From NCBI GenBank assembly GCA_907165135.1, contig OU015567.1, forward strand, positions 12,028,001-12,092,000: a DNA stretch of 64,000 bases, in the 5' to 3' direction. Both the position numbers and the translations under genes were made by a program. Below are positions 1 to 11,520 of this stretch, piece by piece. A model generated the notes under the pieces. The model was not told the DNA's origin. It saw only the letters and a program-made list of their open reading frames with translations, and did not search any database. This DNA comes from Oikopleura dioica (taxonomy: Eukaryota; Animalia; Chordata). The first letter of the stretch is position 1. Each line of letters begins with the position of its first letter.

Positions 1-3000
1 TGGTGCGGGAAAGACAACAACGATGAGTATGCTTACGGGATTGTACCCTCCAACATCTGGAACAGCAAAAATTATGAAACACGATATTCATGATGAAATG
101 GATGCGATAAGAACGATAATAGGAATGGTGTTCGAAAGTCTTAAGACTTATTGACAGAGCTACTTACCCCTAAAGGCAATATCATAATCTTTTGACAAAG
201 GGAATTTCAAATGTGTGTCGAATTCTGTTTCACTGAAATTGAATAATTCAACAAATATTGCTTTCATATAGCCAAGGAATGTATATTTATCATTAAAAAT
301 TTCATAGAAATCAGGAAAGGAGTTATCTTCAAGAGCAATAAACTGATGGATATCATGCTCAATTGGACATAAAATTCTCATTAAACAGAGCATAAAAGAA
401 TATGCCGAAGGGAGGAAATTAAAAATTTTAAACACATACGAAGTGTTCACGTGAAAAGGCAGAAATTGTTTCGCGAAAGGGTTATCTTGATTTCTAAAAG
501 TATCAAAATGCTCTCTGAAATTACGCATAAGCTCAAAATATGCAAGAAAATTTTGGCCATTATAATTATTAAACTCGTAATTAAAATTAATTATGTTGAC
601 ATATTCGGTTGGTTTTATCAATGTCTGTCCACTCCTTTTTAAGTTCTCGTAAATTGGTGTGAAACGTACAAATGCCAAAGGAGATCGAATTCTACTGTCT
701 TCATGTCTTTTAAAGAATGACAACAACGAAGACTCATCTGATTGTGATGGTCTCTCGTTAGAGACCTGATAATAGCCAATTAGAAGTAAACCGAATAGAA
801 TATTACGCCAGCTTAAAAGAAAGGCATTTTGAGGTAAAGAAGAAGGATCGTAACAGAGATAAATTTTTGAATATTTGGCAAAAACTCTATTATTTTTGAG
901 AATTCGAAAAATTAAGTAATATCGTCTTTCAGCCATGATATCTTCAGTGGTAAAATGATCTGGGAAATATGATTCAAAACAATTTTGTTCTGACCTTGGT
1001 TTCCTTCCTTGAGAGACATCCATATATTCTTTATAGATGTCCTTTAGAGTTTCTTTTTTCTGAGAAAGCCAAGTCAGTTGAGAAAAGAAATAAGTGGCAG
1101 TATGAAATACTTCTTTATAATTGCGACTTTCTATGCAATTCATATGCCAATCAGTATTCAGCTTGTCTATGATTTTTAATATCCTCGCTCTTCGAATTGC
1201 CTGCGATCGTTCATCTTCAGAATGACCCCCTGAATTTGAGAATTGCCTATGGATTCTTTGTAGATCTTCTTCAGATGAATTACTCTCCATATTCTCCTTT
1301 TTTTCCTTAAAATGAAATCTTTTTGAAGGTGTTAAAATCAACAATTATTTTATATTTGCAAAAATGAACACCCTAAAAGGCTTTTGTCCGCAGCACAATG
1401 TTTTATGGGATGATCTTACCTGTAAAGAACACGTCTATTTCTTCTCCAAACTGAAAGGATATCCCGCAGCGCAAATCGATGATGAAATCAAAAGTCTCTT
1501 GAAGCGAACTGGACTCACTCAAAAAGCTAATAATCTGGTTCCGAGTTTGTCTGGTGGTATGAAGCGGAAACTCTCTGTCGCGCTTGCTTTTTGCGGAGGT
1601 TCGAAGGTAAACATTCGGCCAGTCCGCTTCAAATTTTCGGAATCAATAGAGGCGTCAATAGCCTGATTGATTACTGTCATACAATACGATTATCTTCGCA
1701 TGAATCATTTTTAGGTTGTTTTATTAGACGAGCCGACTGCTGGCGTCGATCCTTATGCCCGACGTGGAATTTGGGACTTGCTCTTGAGCTACAAGAAAGG
1801 CAAGACTGTCATTCTATCAACACATCATATGGACGAAGCTGAAATTCTCGGGGACAGAATTGCGGTCATTTCTGATGGACAACTTCAATGCGTTGGCTCT
1901 TCTTTGTGGATGAAACGAACTTTTGGAAAAGGATACCTGATCACGGTAAACACCCCAGACAGGAAATCTGTATCGGAACTGGTGTCAAATATATCGCCGG
2001 ATGTAACTGTAGAAAGCACGAAGCCAAATGAAGTTTCTGTTCGAATCTCTTACGAAGCAAAAGAGGGCACTTTGGAAGCTATAATGAAAGAGCTGGAAGC
2101 ATCAGATATGGAAGGGATGAAGAATTATGGGGTCCGTGATACCAACCTCGATGAGATTTTCCTTGCGCTGAATGAAAACGCCGACGAATCATCAGAAAAT
2201 AAATACAAAGATGCGGAGAAGCTTTCAGAAGATTCAAGTTGCTTTTCAAATCGAGTCTCTCCAGATTCAGAGGAAGCCATTTTATCTGACGATCGAGTTA
2301 CCGGATTTGCGCTCAATATCCAGCAATTCGGGGCTATCTTCAAAAAACGATTTATCAACACTTCAAGATCGCTCGTTTCATTCGTGACATCTACATTCCT
2401 ACCGCCTCTCTTTGTCTGCTTGGCCCTAGCTGTTACTGAAGTCATCCCTGAATTCTCATCAACTCAGCCGCTAAACCTCCAATTCATGATATTCGAAAAC
2501 TCTTCTCAAGCCAGATTCGACAGCGTTTATACATTTATTTCTAAAGATGACAATTTCGACCCAGGTCTTTATGATGCGATGACAGCTTCTCCGTCGTATG
2601 GCACCTGGTGCATGGACACCAATTATAGAAATGAACAGCGCGAATACACGATTGCCACGGACGAGGCTCAACTGCAAGAAAGGTACTGTCAAAGTGCAAA
2701 CTTGGAGATCAAATGGGACAACTGGTCGCCTGGCGCACGCGATTCTAACCTCACAGCTGTCAAAATTGGAGATCCGCTTAATCTTGACTGTGAATGCACC
2801 GAGGGTGATTTTGTGGAGCCGTTAATGAACTGTGGAAAGTATCCAGATGACTTCGAAATTAAAGAATACCAAGGACAGAAAAAGTATGCAGCAGGAAGCC
2901 CGATTCCGATAAGAACAGACTACACAGGCGTTCAAGTTCTTGACATGACAGGAAGGAATATCTCAGATTGGCTAGCAAAAACTGTCGACAAGAATTCTTT

Positions 3001-5596
3001 CAATTTGAGACGATACAGCGGCTACAGTTTTGGTGCATCCGCGCAAAATGAGACTGACATGTATAAGAATCTATTCGGAATCGATGTGAATCTGGCAAAC
3101 CGCTTGGCGAAACCCAATAATAATAAGATCTGGTTCAATAATTTCGGTCAACATGGATCTGTCTCATTTTTGAACGTTCTATCTAATGCCCTTTATCGAC
3201 AGAAAAACGACGGTTCTAAACTTGGAATTGAAGTTGTCTCCTATCCAACTGACTTTTCTGTCTCTCAGATTGATCAAGCCGCATTGCGAAATGCCAGTAA
3301 TGATACCCTTGTATCCATCTGCGTTATCTTTGCATTTTCCTTCGTTCCAGCGAGCTTCCTCGTTTTCTTGATTGATGAGAAGACTTCCGGAACCAAGTAC
3401 TTGCAGTTCCTGGCTGGAATCAACCCGACTATCTACTGGCTTGCCAATTTCTTGTGGGACATGATTACTTACACACTGCCTGTTTTCTTGTCTGTTTTTA
3501 TTTTTCTTGCCTTTGGAAACAAAGCATATATTGGTGCGGATATGATTGGCTCAACTTTTTTGATATTTATACTGTTTGGATTGTCCGTGACGCCATTGAT
3601 GTATCCGTTCAGGAACTGGTTCAACAAGTCTTAATTCAAAGTAAAAACGGCACTTGAAAACCAGTACAAAGTTGGGTCTTTGAAAAATCAGCGACTGCCT
3701 ATGTTTCCATGACTTGTGTGAACATTTTCATCGGAATCGCAACCACCATCGCTACTTCTGTTGTTTACGCGCTCGGCGAGTCAGACCCAGACCTCAAATC
3801 TATTCACTCGATTCTTGACAGTATTTTTCTGATCTTTCCTCATTATTGCATTGGGCGGGGCTTACTCCAGCAAACGCTGGATCAAGGAATGTTTTTTGAA
3901 AATTATATGACTCAATTTAGTAGGCATTTTTAAAAACCAAAATAAGCGTATGTCGATGCTTACATTCAGCTTGGCTATCCCGTCCCACCTCAAACGCCAG
4001 TCCTTGCGTGGAGTAAAAACGGACTTCCTTGTCTTATCATGTTTGTCGAGTTTATCGTCTTTTCCTGCATCGTGCTAATGAAAGAGTACAATATCCTGCG
4101 TAAAAAAGCTCTTCTCTCGATGTTTGGCACATTTGCCGTTTCTCTGATTGTTGGAATCGGTCTTACTTGCATGGTTTACTTGAATGAAGATTTGAATGCA
4201 GATGACTGGTTGTATGGACGATCTGGCTTCCCTGCCTTTATCATGTTGATCGGATTTATTATTTTCTCGGCTATTGTTTTGATAATTGAATTCAAGTATA
4301 CTCGAAAACAGAGTCCCGTCGAAGTAAAATCTTCAAACAAACAACTTGAAGAAGATGTCCAAGCTGAGAAAGACAGAGCTTTCAGCTCTAACAATCAAGA
4401 TATACTTCGAGCTCAAGGAATGTGGTTCAAAATATACCAAAATTTGTTGTATTAGAGCATTTTAAACCACTAACAAGGTCTTACAAAAGTCTTCCCCGGT
4501 CCATTCACGGCTGTCGACGAAATATCTTTCTCAGTCCCAGCCGGTGAATGCTTCGGTCTTCTTGGAGTAAACGGCGCTGGAAAGACAACAACATTCAAAA
4601 TGCTCACAACAGAATACGCCCCAACAAAAGGAGACGCCATGATCAATGATCTCTCCGTAGTTCGCGACCAAACAGAAGTCAAGAGACGAATCGGATACTG
4701 TCCTCAGTTCGACGCATTGAATGCAACTCTTACGAGCGCAGAACACATCGAGTTCTATGGAAAACTTCGCGGCTTGAAAGGGAAACAGCTGTCAGACTCT
4801 GTTAACAGAATTATTAAGCGAATGGATCTTGAACGATTCAGGTAAGTTTTCATTGTTGAATTTTAATCATTCTTACAAAAATAGACACGTCGAGTTTCAA
4901 ATGATTATTTAGAGACATTCCCGCAGGGGAGTACTCTGGCGGAAACAAGCGCAAGCTCTCTACTGCCATTGCTATTACTGGAGATCCAGACATTATTCTG
5001 CTCGACGAGCCAACAGCTGGAGTTGATCCAAAAGCAAGACGCTTCTTGTGGGATGTTGTTTTACAAATGGTCAGAGACGGGCAAGGAATTGTAATGACCT
5101 CTCATTCGATGGAAGAGTGCGAAGTTCTCTGTGGCAGATTAGCAATTATGGTTTCCGGACAATTCGAATGCTTGGGCACTCCGCAGAGGTTGAAGGGTAA
5201 ATATGGAGGAGGATATATTGCAACGATAAAGGCAAACAAAAAACAACAAGATATCGTAATTGGAAAGCTGCGAGAAAAGCTAGAAGGACTGGAAATTCTA
5301 GAGCAGAGGTCAAACATGGCGCAGATGAAACTCGGTGAAGCCAATTCTCCCTTGGTATGATTTGGCGACAATCCTTGAATAATACAATATTTTAGAGCAT
5401 CTTCCAAATTCTGATGGATGAAAAGAAACAAGATAATTTGAATGATTTTTCATTGTCTCAAGCTTCACTTGATGATGTATTCATCTCTTTCGCGTCGAAA
5501 TACGACCCCGAGAATGAAACTGTTAACGTCGACTTCAACGAGGCATTTGAACAAGAAGAAACAAGCTCACACAGTTCAAATGAATCATATTTGTAA
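1..5596 (+). CDS. ABCA-subfamily full transporter, 3' half (NBD1, second TMD with large extracellular domain, NBD2); 5' end lies outside the window
   Basis: Hand-spliced exons <1-122, 1380-1606, 1715-3612, 3672-3886, 3947-4417, 4478-4841, 4913-5354, 5396-5596. They give Walker [48 protein letters not shown], then [48 protein letters not shown]. These are ABCA1/2/4/7-type motifs. Four of the seven introns need GA donors. Confidence 0.95.
160..1290 (-). CDS. Intronless orphan ORF (376 aa from the first ATG) nested antisense in an ABCA intron
   Basis: Stop-free 1.1-kb frame in AT-rich DNA, starting [11 protein letters not shown]. It is preceded by a ttttaag acceptor-like site and lies wholly inside intron 123-1379. 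No domain recognised. Confidence 0.7.
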   Translation of the reverse strand: MESNSSEEDLQRIHRQFSNSGGHSEDERSQAIRRARILKIIDKLNTDWHMNCIESRNYKEVFHTATYFFSQLTWLSQKKETLKDIYKEYMDVSQGRKPRSEQNCFESYFPDHFTTEDIMAERRYYLIFRILKNNRVFAKYSKIYLCYDPSSLPQNAFLLSWRNILFGLLLIGYYQVSNERPSQSDESSLLSFFKRHEDSRIRSPLAFVRFTPIYENLKRSGQTLIKPTEYVNIINFNYEFNNYNGQNFLAYFELMRNFREHFDTFRNQDNPFAKQFLPFHVNTSYVFKIFNFLPSAYSFMLCLMRILCPIEHDIHQFIALEDNSFPDFYEIFNDKYTFLGYMKAIFVELFNFSETEFDTHLKFPLSKDYDIAFRGK

Positions 5597-5945
5597 ATTT
5601 CATCTTTCACTGTAAAATTTGTATCCTCTAAAGTTATTTTTTAAGAGCTTTGAATAAGAAATAAAGATATTGCATTTACAATTCCAATTTTAAATGAAGT
5701 TGGCTGTCTTTTCTGGTCACTTTTCCCGTTTCAATTATTTATTTCGGAGCAGAGTTGAACTTCAAGTTGGGAAAGTTCTGTAGAAAAGGAGATAAGACTA
5801 CTCATTCAAAATAAAATAGAACAGTTCTGGACTGAAAATGGTAGCTTTGAGCCCGCAATTACCTCTATCTTTTCATGAGAAACATGATCGTAGCGCCACC
5901 TACCAATAAAATACTCGACTGCGAACTAACAATTACATTTTAAAA

Positions 5946-7976
5946 ATGAAGTTCTCCACCGGTTTTTTCGTCTTTTATTTGGCACGAGCTGATCATATTG
6001 AGGAAGCAGAGGCTCTTGTAAATTTTGAGAATGAACTTGGATGGGAAGATGCCCTTTGGAACGTGACGATGTTTAACGATACAAGTTATACAGAGAATTT
6101 TCAAAATGAAACAATTTGGGATGAAGAAAGAAGAAGGCCAGATGATGGGAGATCTCCTCCAGGAGAAATTGCCGTTCGGCGAAGAATTCTTTGCGGTGGA
6201 AACGTAAATGACACTGCTTACATCACTTCTCCTGAATTTGACTTATCGAATGCGAACAGCTTGTATCCAAACTACAGACATTGCGAGTGGCTGATTCAGT
6301 TTCCCGAGTACGTCAAATCCTTTACCATCACCCCAACGCACTTCGAAATCGAAGATCATCCTCTCTGTCTTTGGGACACGCTATCTATTTATACGAGGAA
6401 AAAGTCCGATGGAACGTACAACAAAACACCGCATTATTTCTACTGTGGAAGTATGACTGATTCATTTGACTACTACGACGACTACGACAATGGAAACAAG
6501 TACGCTCAAATCGCTGGTGTAAGTTCCAGAGTGATGAATAAAGCGATAACTATTGAGGGGAACCATGCTAAGATCGACTTTATCAGTGATAGTCAAGTCG
6601 GCAAAAGAGGTTTTCGACTGCATATTGATAGGCCTCGGACGTAAAAATATCGATTTTCACCATCGGAGCTTCGTATGAGGACGAGAGTAGGCTCATTCGA
6701 AAGCTCTTAAAGAGAACTTTCTTGGCGGCAAATAAAAAAATTGGACCCTGTCTCCCTGTTTCAAGTTATTTCGTAAAAACGTTTTTCGACTTTATCTTTA
6801 ACGGCTGATTACTCAAAACTGGGAGACAGGGCCCAATTTTTTCATTTGCCCATAATAAAGCCCTCTTCAAGAGCTTTCGAATGAGCCTATTCTCAATCCC
6901 ATACGAAGCTCCGATGATGGTGATGGATTTTTACGTCCGAGGCCTACATATTGAGAAGCCAGAGCTTTGCCCGAATGATTTCTGGGAGCCAAACCACGAC
7001 TGTAAGAACCCAAGCACGTATACTTATATATGCTTATTTTTATTAGATACGGACTGCATTCCTCAAGGCGTAGAAATGCAATGTGATCCCGCGGAAGTGC
7101 AATTCAAGGCGAATGTAGCTCACTTGTACAAAAATCTCGATGAGAGCAAATGGTCTAATGTCAAGGTTAATTTTGGGTCTTGCATCGGAAACATTTCCCC
7201 AGGAACGGGATTGAGTTGAAACAAAACAAATAAATTTTAGCGAAGCCAAGTTTTCATCCCAAACAAGATTCCAACGGCTGGATTTCAGAAACTTTTTCTA
7301 GTACTGCGTGCAATGGGGACTTGACCCAAGACTCTGTCTCTGGCCAAATTGGATTGAGTTGGAAGATCAAGGGACAACTTTCTGCGAGCAGGTATAAAGA
7401 ATGAATAATTTAAAAGTTAAAAGTCGATTTAGTGGTGATCTTGTCGCGACACCTGACCTGAGTTTTGATGTGAAATGTCTCTACAACAACAATCTTTCCA
7501 TAAACACCGGAGGAATAAACGTCAACGGCGGTCTAGTGATAAAAGATTCGGTTATTTCTCAAGGGGATCTTTTGTCAAGATTTTCTCTTGAATCCTATAG
7601 CGATTACACATACACATTCAAGTCAAACGAGGTTCACATCGGCCGCCCGATCTATTTTAGAGTCTCTACCGATTTAAATCTAAACAAACCATTTTCTTTC
7701 CAAGTCACAGAATGCTCTGCACATCAGTATATCATTCCAGGTCTTGGCAAGTCCTACACAGTTCTTAAAGACACGTGCTCTCCAGATTCGATGGTAAAAT
7801 TCGATAATTCCGACCTTATCGGAGACTGGCAGGGGGATACTGCTGACTTTAAATTTAACAGCTTCGTCTTTTCATTCGAAAATCCCCAAATCTATCTCAA
7901 ATGTGGGGTCAAAATTTGTCTTCAAAATTCCGACGGTTCTTTTTTCCTGCCAAACTGCTTGACAAACTGTCAATAA
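5946..7976 (+). CDS. Secreted CUB + ZP domain protein, interrupted by a MITE
   Basis: Signal-like MKFSTGFFVFYLARA. CUB motifs CGG..ITSP..YPNYRHCEWLI..FEIEDHPLCLWDTL..FISDSQVGKRGF. ZP-N (CIPQGVEMQC..ACNG..FDVKCLY) and ZP-C (FQVTECSA..LKDTC..FKFNSFVF..YLKCGVKIC). Inferred introns 7203-7240 (GA-AG), 7392-7432 (GT-AG), possibly 7014-7046 (GC-AG). No TM segment. Confidence 0.8.
6629..6946. mobile_element. Non-autonomous foldback MITE (318 bp), hAT-like
   Basis: Perfect 20-bp TIR TAGGCCTCGGACGTAAAAAT. 8-bp target duplication CATATTGA at 6621-6628 and 6947-6954. Nested subterminal inverted repeats (GGCTCATTCGAAAGCTC / GAGCTTTCGAATGAGCC). No coding capacity. A second copy sits at 56839-57184. Confidence 0.92.
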
Positions 7977-8187
7977 ATTAGTTTCAATTGGCGTCAGTGT
8001 TGTTTTATTATGAGCATTAAAATATTGAAATGACTGTGTAAATGAACTGTATAAAATATAAAGATACGTAAAATAAGGGCTTTATACGCACGTTGGAAGC
8101 CAGCGTAAACAAAATGTCTGATTCCAGGATTTTTTAGCTGAATTTATAATAAAAATATTCGAAATTGACTTTGAATCCTTGACAATT

Positions 8188-9423
8188 TTAAGCATAAAAA
8201 GGATGAGCAGCAGCATTCGCAATTAGTTTTGGCAGCTCCAGATTCCGCGTGATCGTGCTAGAAGCCCACTTATTCCAAGTTATTGATTAATTCTACCTTC
8301 ATGCTTGTTCCAAAAACCCGATTCATTTCAGACATGAAATCACACATTTGACACGGCTCCTTCTTCTTCATAAATGAGCTGGGCGCCATTGATATCACTT
8401 GAAAGACGCGTTTTACTCGCATCAAGATTTTAAAACTGTACTTACCTACGGATAGGAAGTCACTTTTTTGTTGCTCTGGAGTTTTGGCCGTATTTTTGCC
8501 AGATAAGAGAGCCCACTTTGTGGCAATTGGTGACTTTGTTGGAGTGCAAGGACTTCCTGAATTTCAGGTTCTTTTAAACTGCCTGAGAGACAAAACAGCA
8601 GTTTGAAATATTAATTGATGAACCTCGACCCTTTTTGCGATCCAACAGGCGAGCAAAGTTGTGCGTTGCGAGGAAACAAAGATAAGTTTAAAATGCATTT
8701 ATCTCTTTGATCACATCCATTCGGCGACGTTAGTTTTATAGCGTGCTTTGACTTCAGAGGCGCGCGAGGAGTCTAAAAGTACTGAAGTTATATTAGTGCT
8801 AAATAGTCTATTTAAAATAGAATCAATAGAATCTTTGCACGCTGTAAGAGTGAAGATAAATCTTTAATATAAGAAGCCTATAAGAAGGGTTATTCGAAAT
8901 AACTTATTGCAATCTACTTGTCCTGGAACCTTTCAATCTACGATTTCGGGCACATTTCCATAATGGAATTTCACTATTACAGTATCTTCCCTTATGATAG
9001 CTTCAAAATTTTTTTCCGAAGTTCAGAGGTCATTCTTTCGAATGAAGTTGTAACCCAGGCAGAAAACCAGCATTAACTTACTTGATCCTTCAGTGACTGA
9101 GCTCCTCTGTCGTCGCATTATGTTGCTGTTAACTCAAATGAAGCAAAATAGATTCGCCCGTCTGGCAAGATAATTTAATGACTTGCGACTAGCTTCGCAA
9201 GTCTACGGTTACGGTCTGACTGTACTCTACTTTAAAAGCCTCCGGAACGCTAATGCACTTTGAATAAGCCTGGCGTAAGTCTGTAAGAGCGGCGCTGTAG
9301 ATAAACGGTAAGCGAGCACTAACTGTATCAAACTGTAAAAGAGAAGGCTTACCTTTGGAGAGCCGACAGGCGAGCAAAGAGGTGACGGCCTTGAACTCAA
9401 GAATCCAAGCGCACAAGGACGCT
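8188..9423 (-). CDS. Unresolved multi-exon gene (fragments only)
   Basis: Minus-strand exon-like segments flanked by ttttag/GTAAG sites, e.g. TPRAPLKSKHAIKLTSPNG and GSPCTPTKSPIATKWALLSG. AATAAA on the minus strand near 8004. No complete frame could be assembled. Confidence 0.3.
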
Positions 9424-10897
9424 CTAAGAAGAGAAATAATATTGCGGTGATATCATGGAAGAGTACGGACTTTTGAGTGAACACACAAGTGACATTGGAA
9501 ATTTATTATTAAGCACGGGGCCGTCGCTCTAACCACATGCTGACAAGCCTTTTTCAACGGTCAAATTTGGAAGGTGCAAGACATAAATTCTTGGCAGTCT
9601 AAAAGCTTAATAAATATATTTTTAATTGAATTATTGGCACTTTTCCTCTTTACCAAAACCATTCATCTTTTAGTTCAAAAATGACGCACGCTTTTATTCC
9701 AATATACAATTTTATCAGCAAAAAACGAGGATATTTGATGAATATAATGACTGTAAAAAAGACTAAATCAGACAGACTTTTGATTCTCAGATTTTGAGTG
9801 AAAAATATTGTTAATATGGTATTCAAAAAACAAACATATGGAGTTATATGCATTTTTTAACTGTTAAATTTTTTAAAAATCGAAAATCCCACGTCGCTAA
9901 AAAAGAAAAATATCCTAGTTTTTTGCTGATAATTTTTTTTTCAACCAACCAAAATATCCTTACCTAAAGCATGTTTATTGTAGCAGCCTTCGTATTTGTC
10001 CAAATATGTGCTTCGTATGGATCTCTTACTGTTTATCCGCATGATATGAGTTAATGAGAACGATTAATTAGGAAAAAGTTGAAATCCGTTTTCTCTGATA
10101 GTGCTTGTTGCGCGGCATCAGTGGCTGTAAGTCAGCTCAGCGGATCGGCAGGTGAGAGCAAAGATTATCCACCTCGCTGGACTTCGGAATAAATCATTCA
10201 TCAGCAGGTGCCACCAGAACATCTCAACCTATCTTCCTACCCCTCGCGCGCCTGACACAAAAAATTACTAACGAGTGCACTCTCACAAATTTGACCACGA
10301 GTTTTAGATGAAAGAAACGATCAGAATGCCGATAATTTCTTAGATTTAATTATCAAAACAAAATGTTTTCTTAATTGATGAACAAAGTAAAAGCATCATT
10401 TTCGCATAATCATTTTTTTCTGAAAAAAGAAAACTCAAAAAACAAACGATTTTTGTTAAAATATCCATCGAAAATAAAGAAAGAAAATCAAAATAAGCGA
10501 TATACGAGTGTCAATAAAAATCGACCGTTACATGAAATGATTTACGTCCAATGGTGTTTTCTTATCGATTAGTTAAAAAATATCTTAAGAATATTGCTAG
10601 TCATTGAAACTCTTTGAATCAAAGAATTATTCAGAGCTTTTTTAAACATTATTCTTTAGAATGTTCAAGTGGGCACTTCCCTAATTTAGATTTTTTTGTA
10701 ATTGAAGAGAGCTCATCATTCATAATGCAGCATTTTTCTGTCGAGAAGACAGAATCGACGGCAGCAAAAAAGATTTCTTGCTCAGAAATATTTAGTTCCT
10801 TCCTGAACCGGGTCATACCGGGTATGTTCTACAGAGGTAGCATTTTCGCGTCCCTTGGCTTATCCAAATTAGCTGGTCCAACAAACCAAACCCGCCG

Positions 10898-10985
10898 TGT
10901 ATTATACTATTTTTTATTTTTACTATACTATATATTTTATATTATACTATATTTTTATACTATTTTATACTATTATAGTATTTTC
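10898..10985. repeat. Degenerate AT-rich microsatellite-like tract (TATACTA/TATTTT units)
   Basis: Near-exclusive T/A with recurring tatacta units, seen directly. Confidence 0.7.
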
Positions 10986-11250
10986 TGAGCTTCTAAGATG
11001 CATTCAGGCAAACTTTTTGTACGTATAATTTTTCATTCGAGCTCTTGATCTGAGTCCTGTATGAACTGTTGGATACTTAGCACTCTAAAAAGTGAACAAC
11101 TTCGGTTTGAATTAGTGATGGGTGATAATTGGCCGAAATCGGTCTGACGAAATTGCGGTTAAGAGTCTGATCACCAGAGTCTGGAATTTAAAGATTCGTA
11201 CTTGAATTTTCTAGTAAATTACTCGTTACGTGTTGTACGATACCTGGCAG

Positions 11251-11371
11251 GATTCAACAACAACTTAATCATCTGAATAAAATAATGAACGCTGAAAAGG
11301 AACTTCAATTAACGAAGAAAGCGCTAGAAGAGAAGAAAAAGAGGGAAGCTAGTTCTCTAAAAATAGTCTGA
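11251..11371 (+). CDS. Possible coiled-coil exon of an unresolved gene converging on the decarboxylase
   Basis: After cag| it reads IQQQLNHLNKIMNAEKELQLTKKALEEKKKRE. AATAAA signals follow at about 11471-11487. Confidence 0.3.
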
Positions 11372-11520
11372 CCCGGATTGATCCCCAATTCTTCGAACCA
11401 TTTCGAACTTCAGATATCAAGAAAATCCACTAGATTCAGACTAAATAGGCTATTCAGCTGATTTTGGTCCCAATAAACAAATAAAAATATGAACTGATTT
11501 ATTTTTAGTAGATAAAACAG

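Noticed and set aside
6857-6877. Histone 3' stem-loop-like sequence AAAGCCCTCTTCAAGAGCTTT
   Set aside because: It is part of the MITE subterminal repeat, the stem departs from the consensus, and there is no histone gene.
6629-6946. TA target duplication (Tc1/mariner reading) for the MITE
   Set aside because: In both copies the TA is followed outward by an 8-bp direct repeat, so TA belongs to the TIR.
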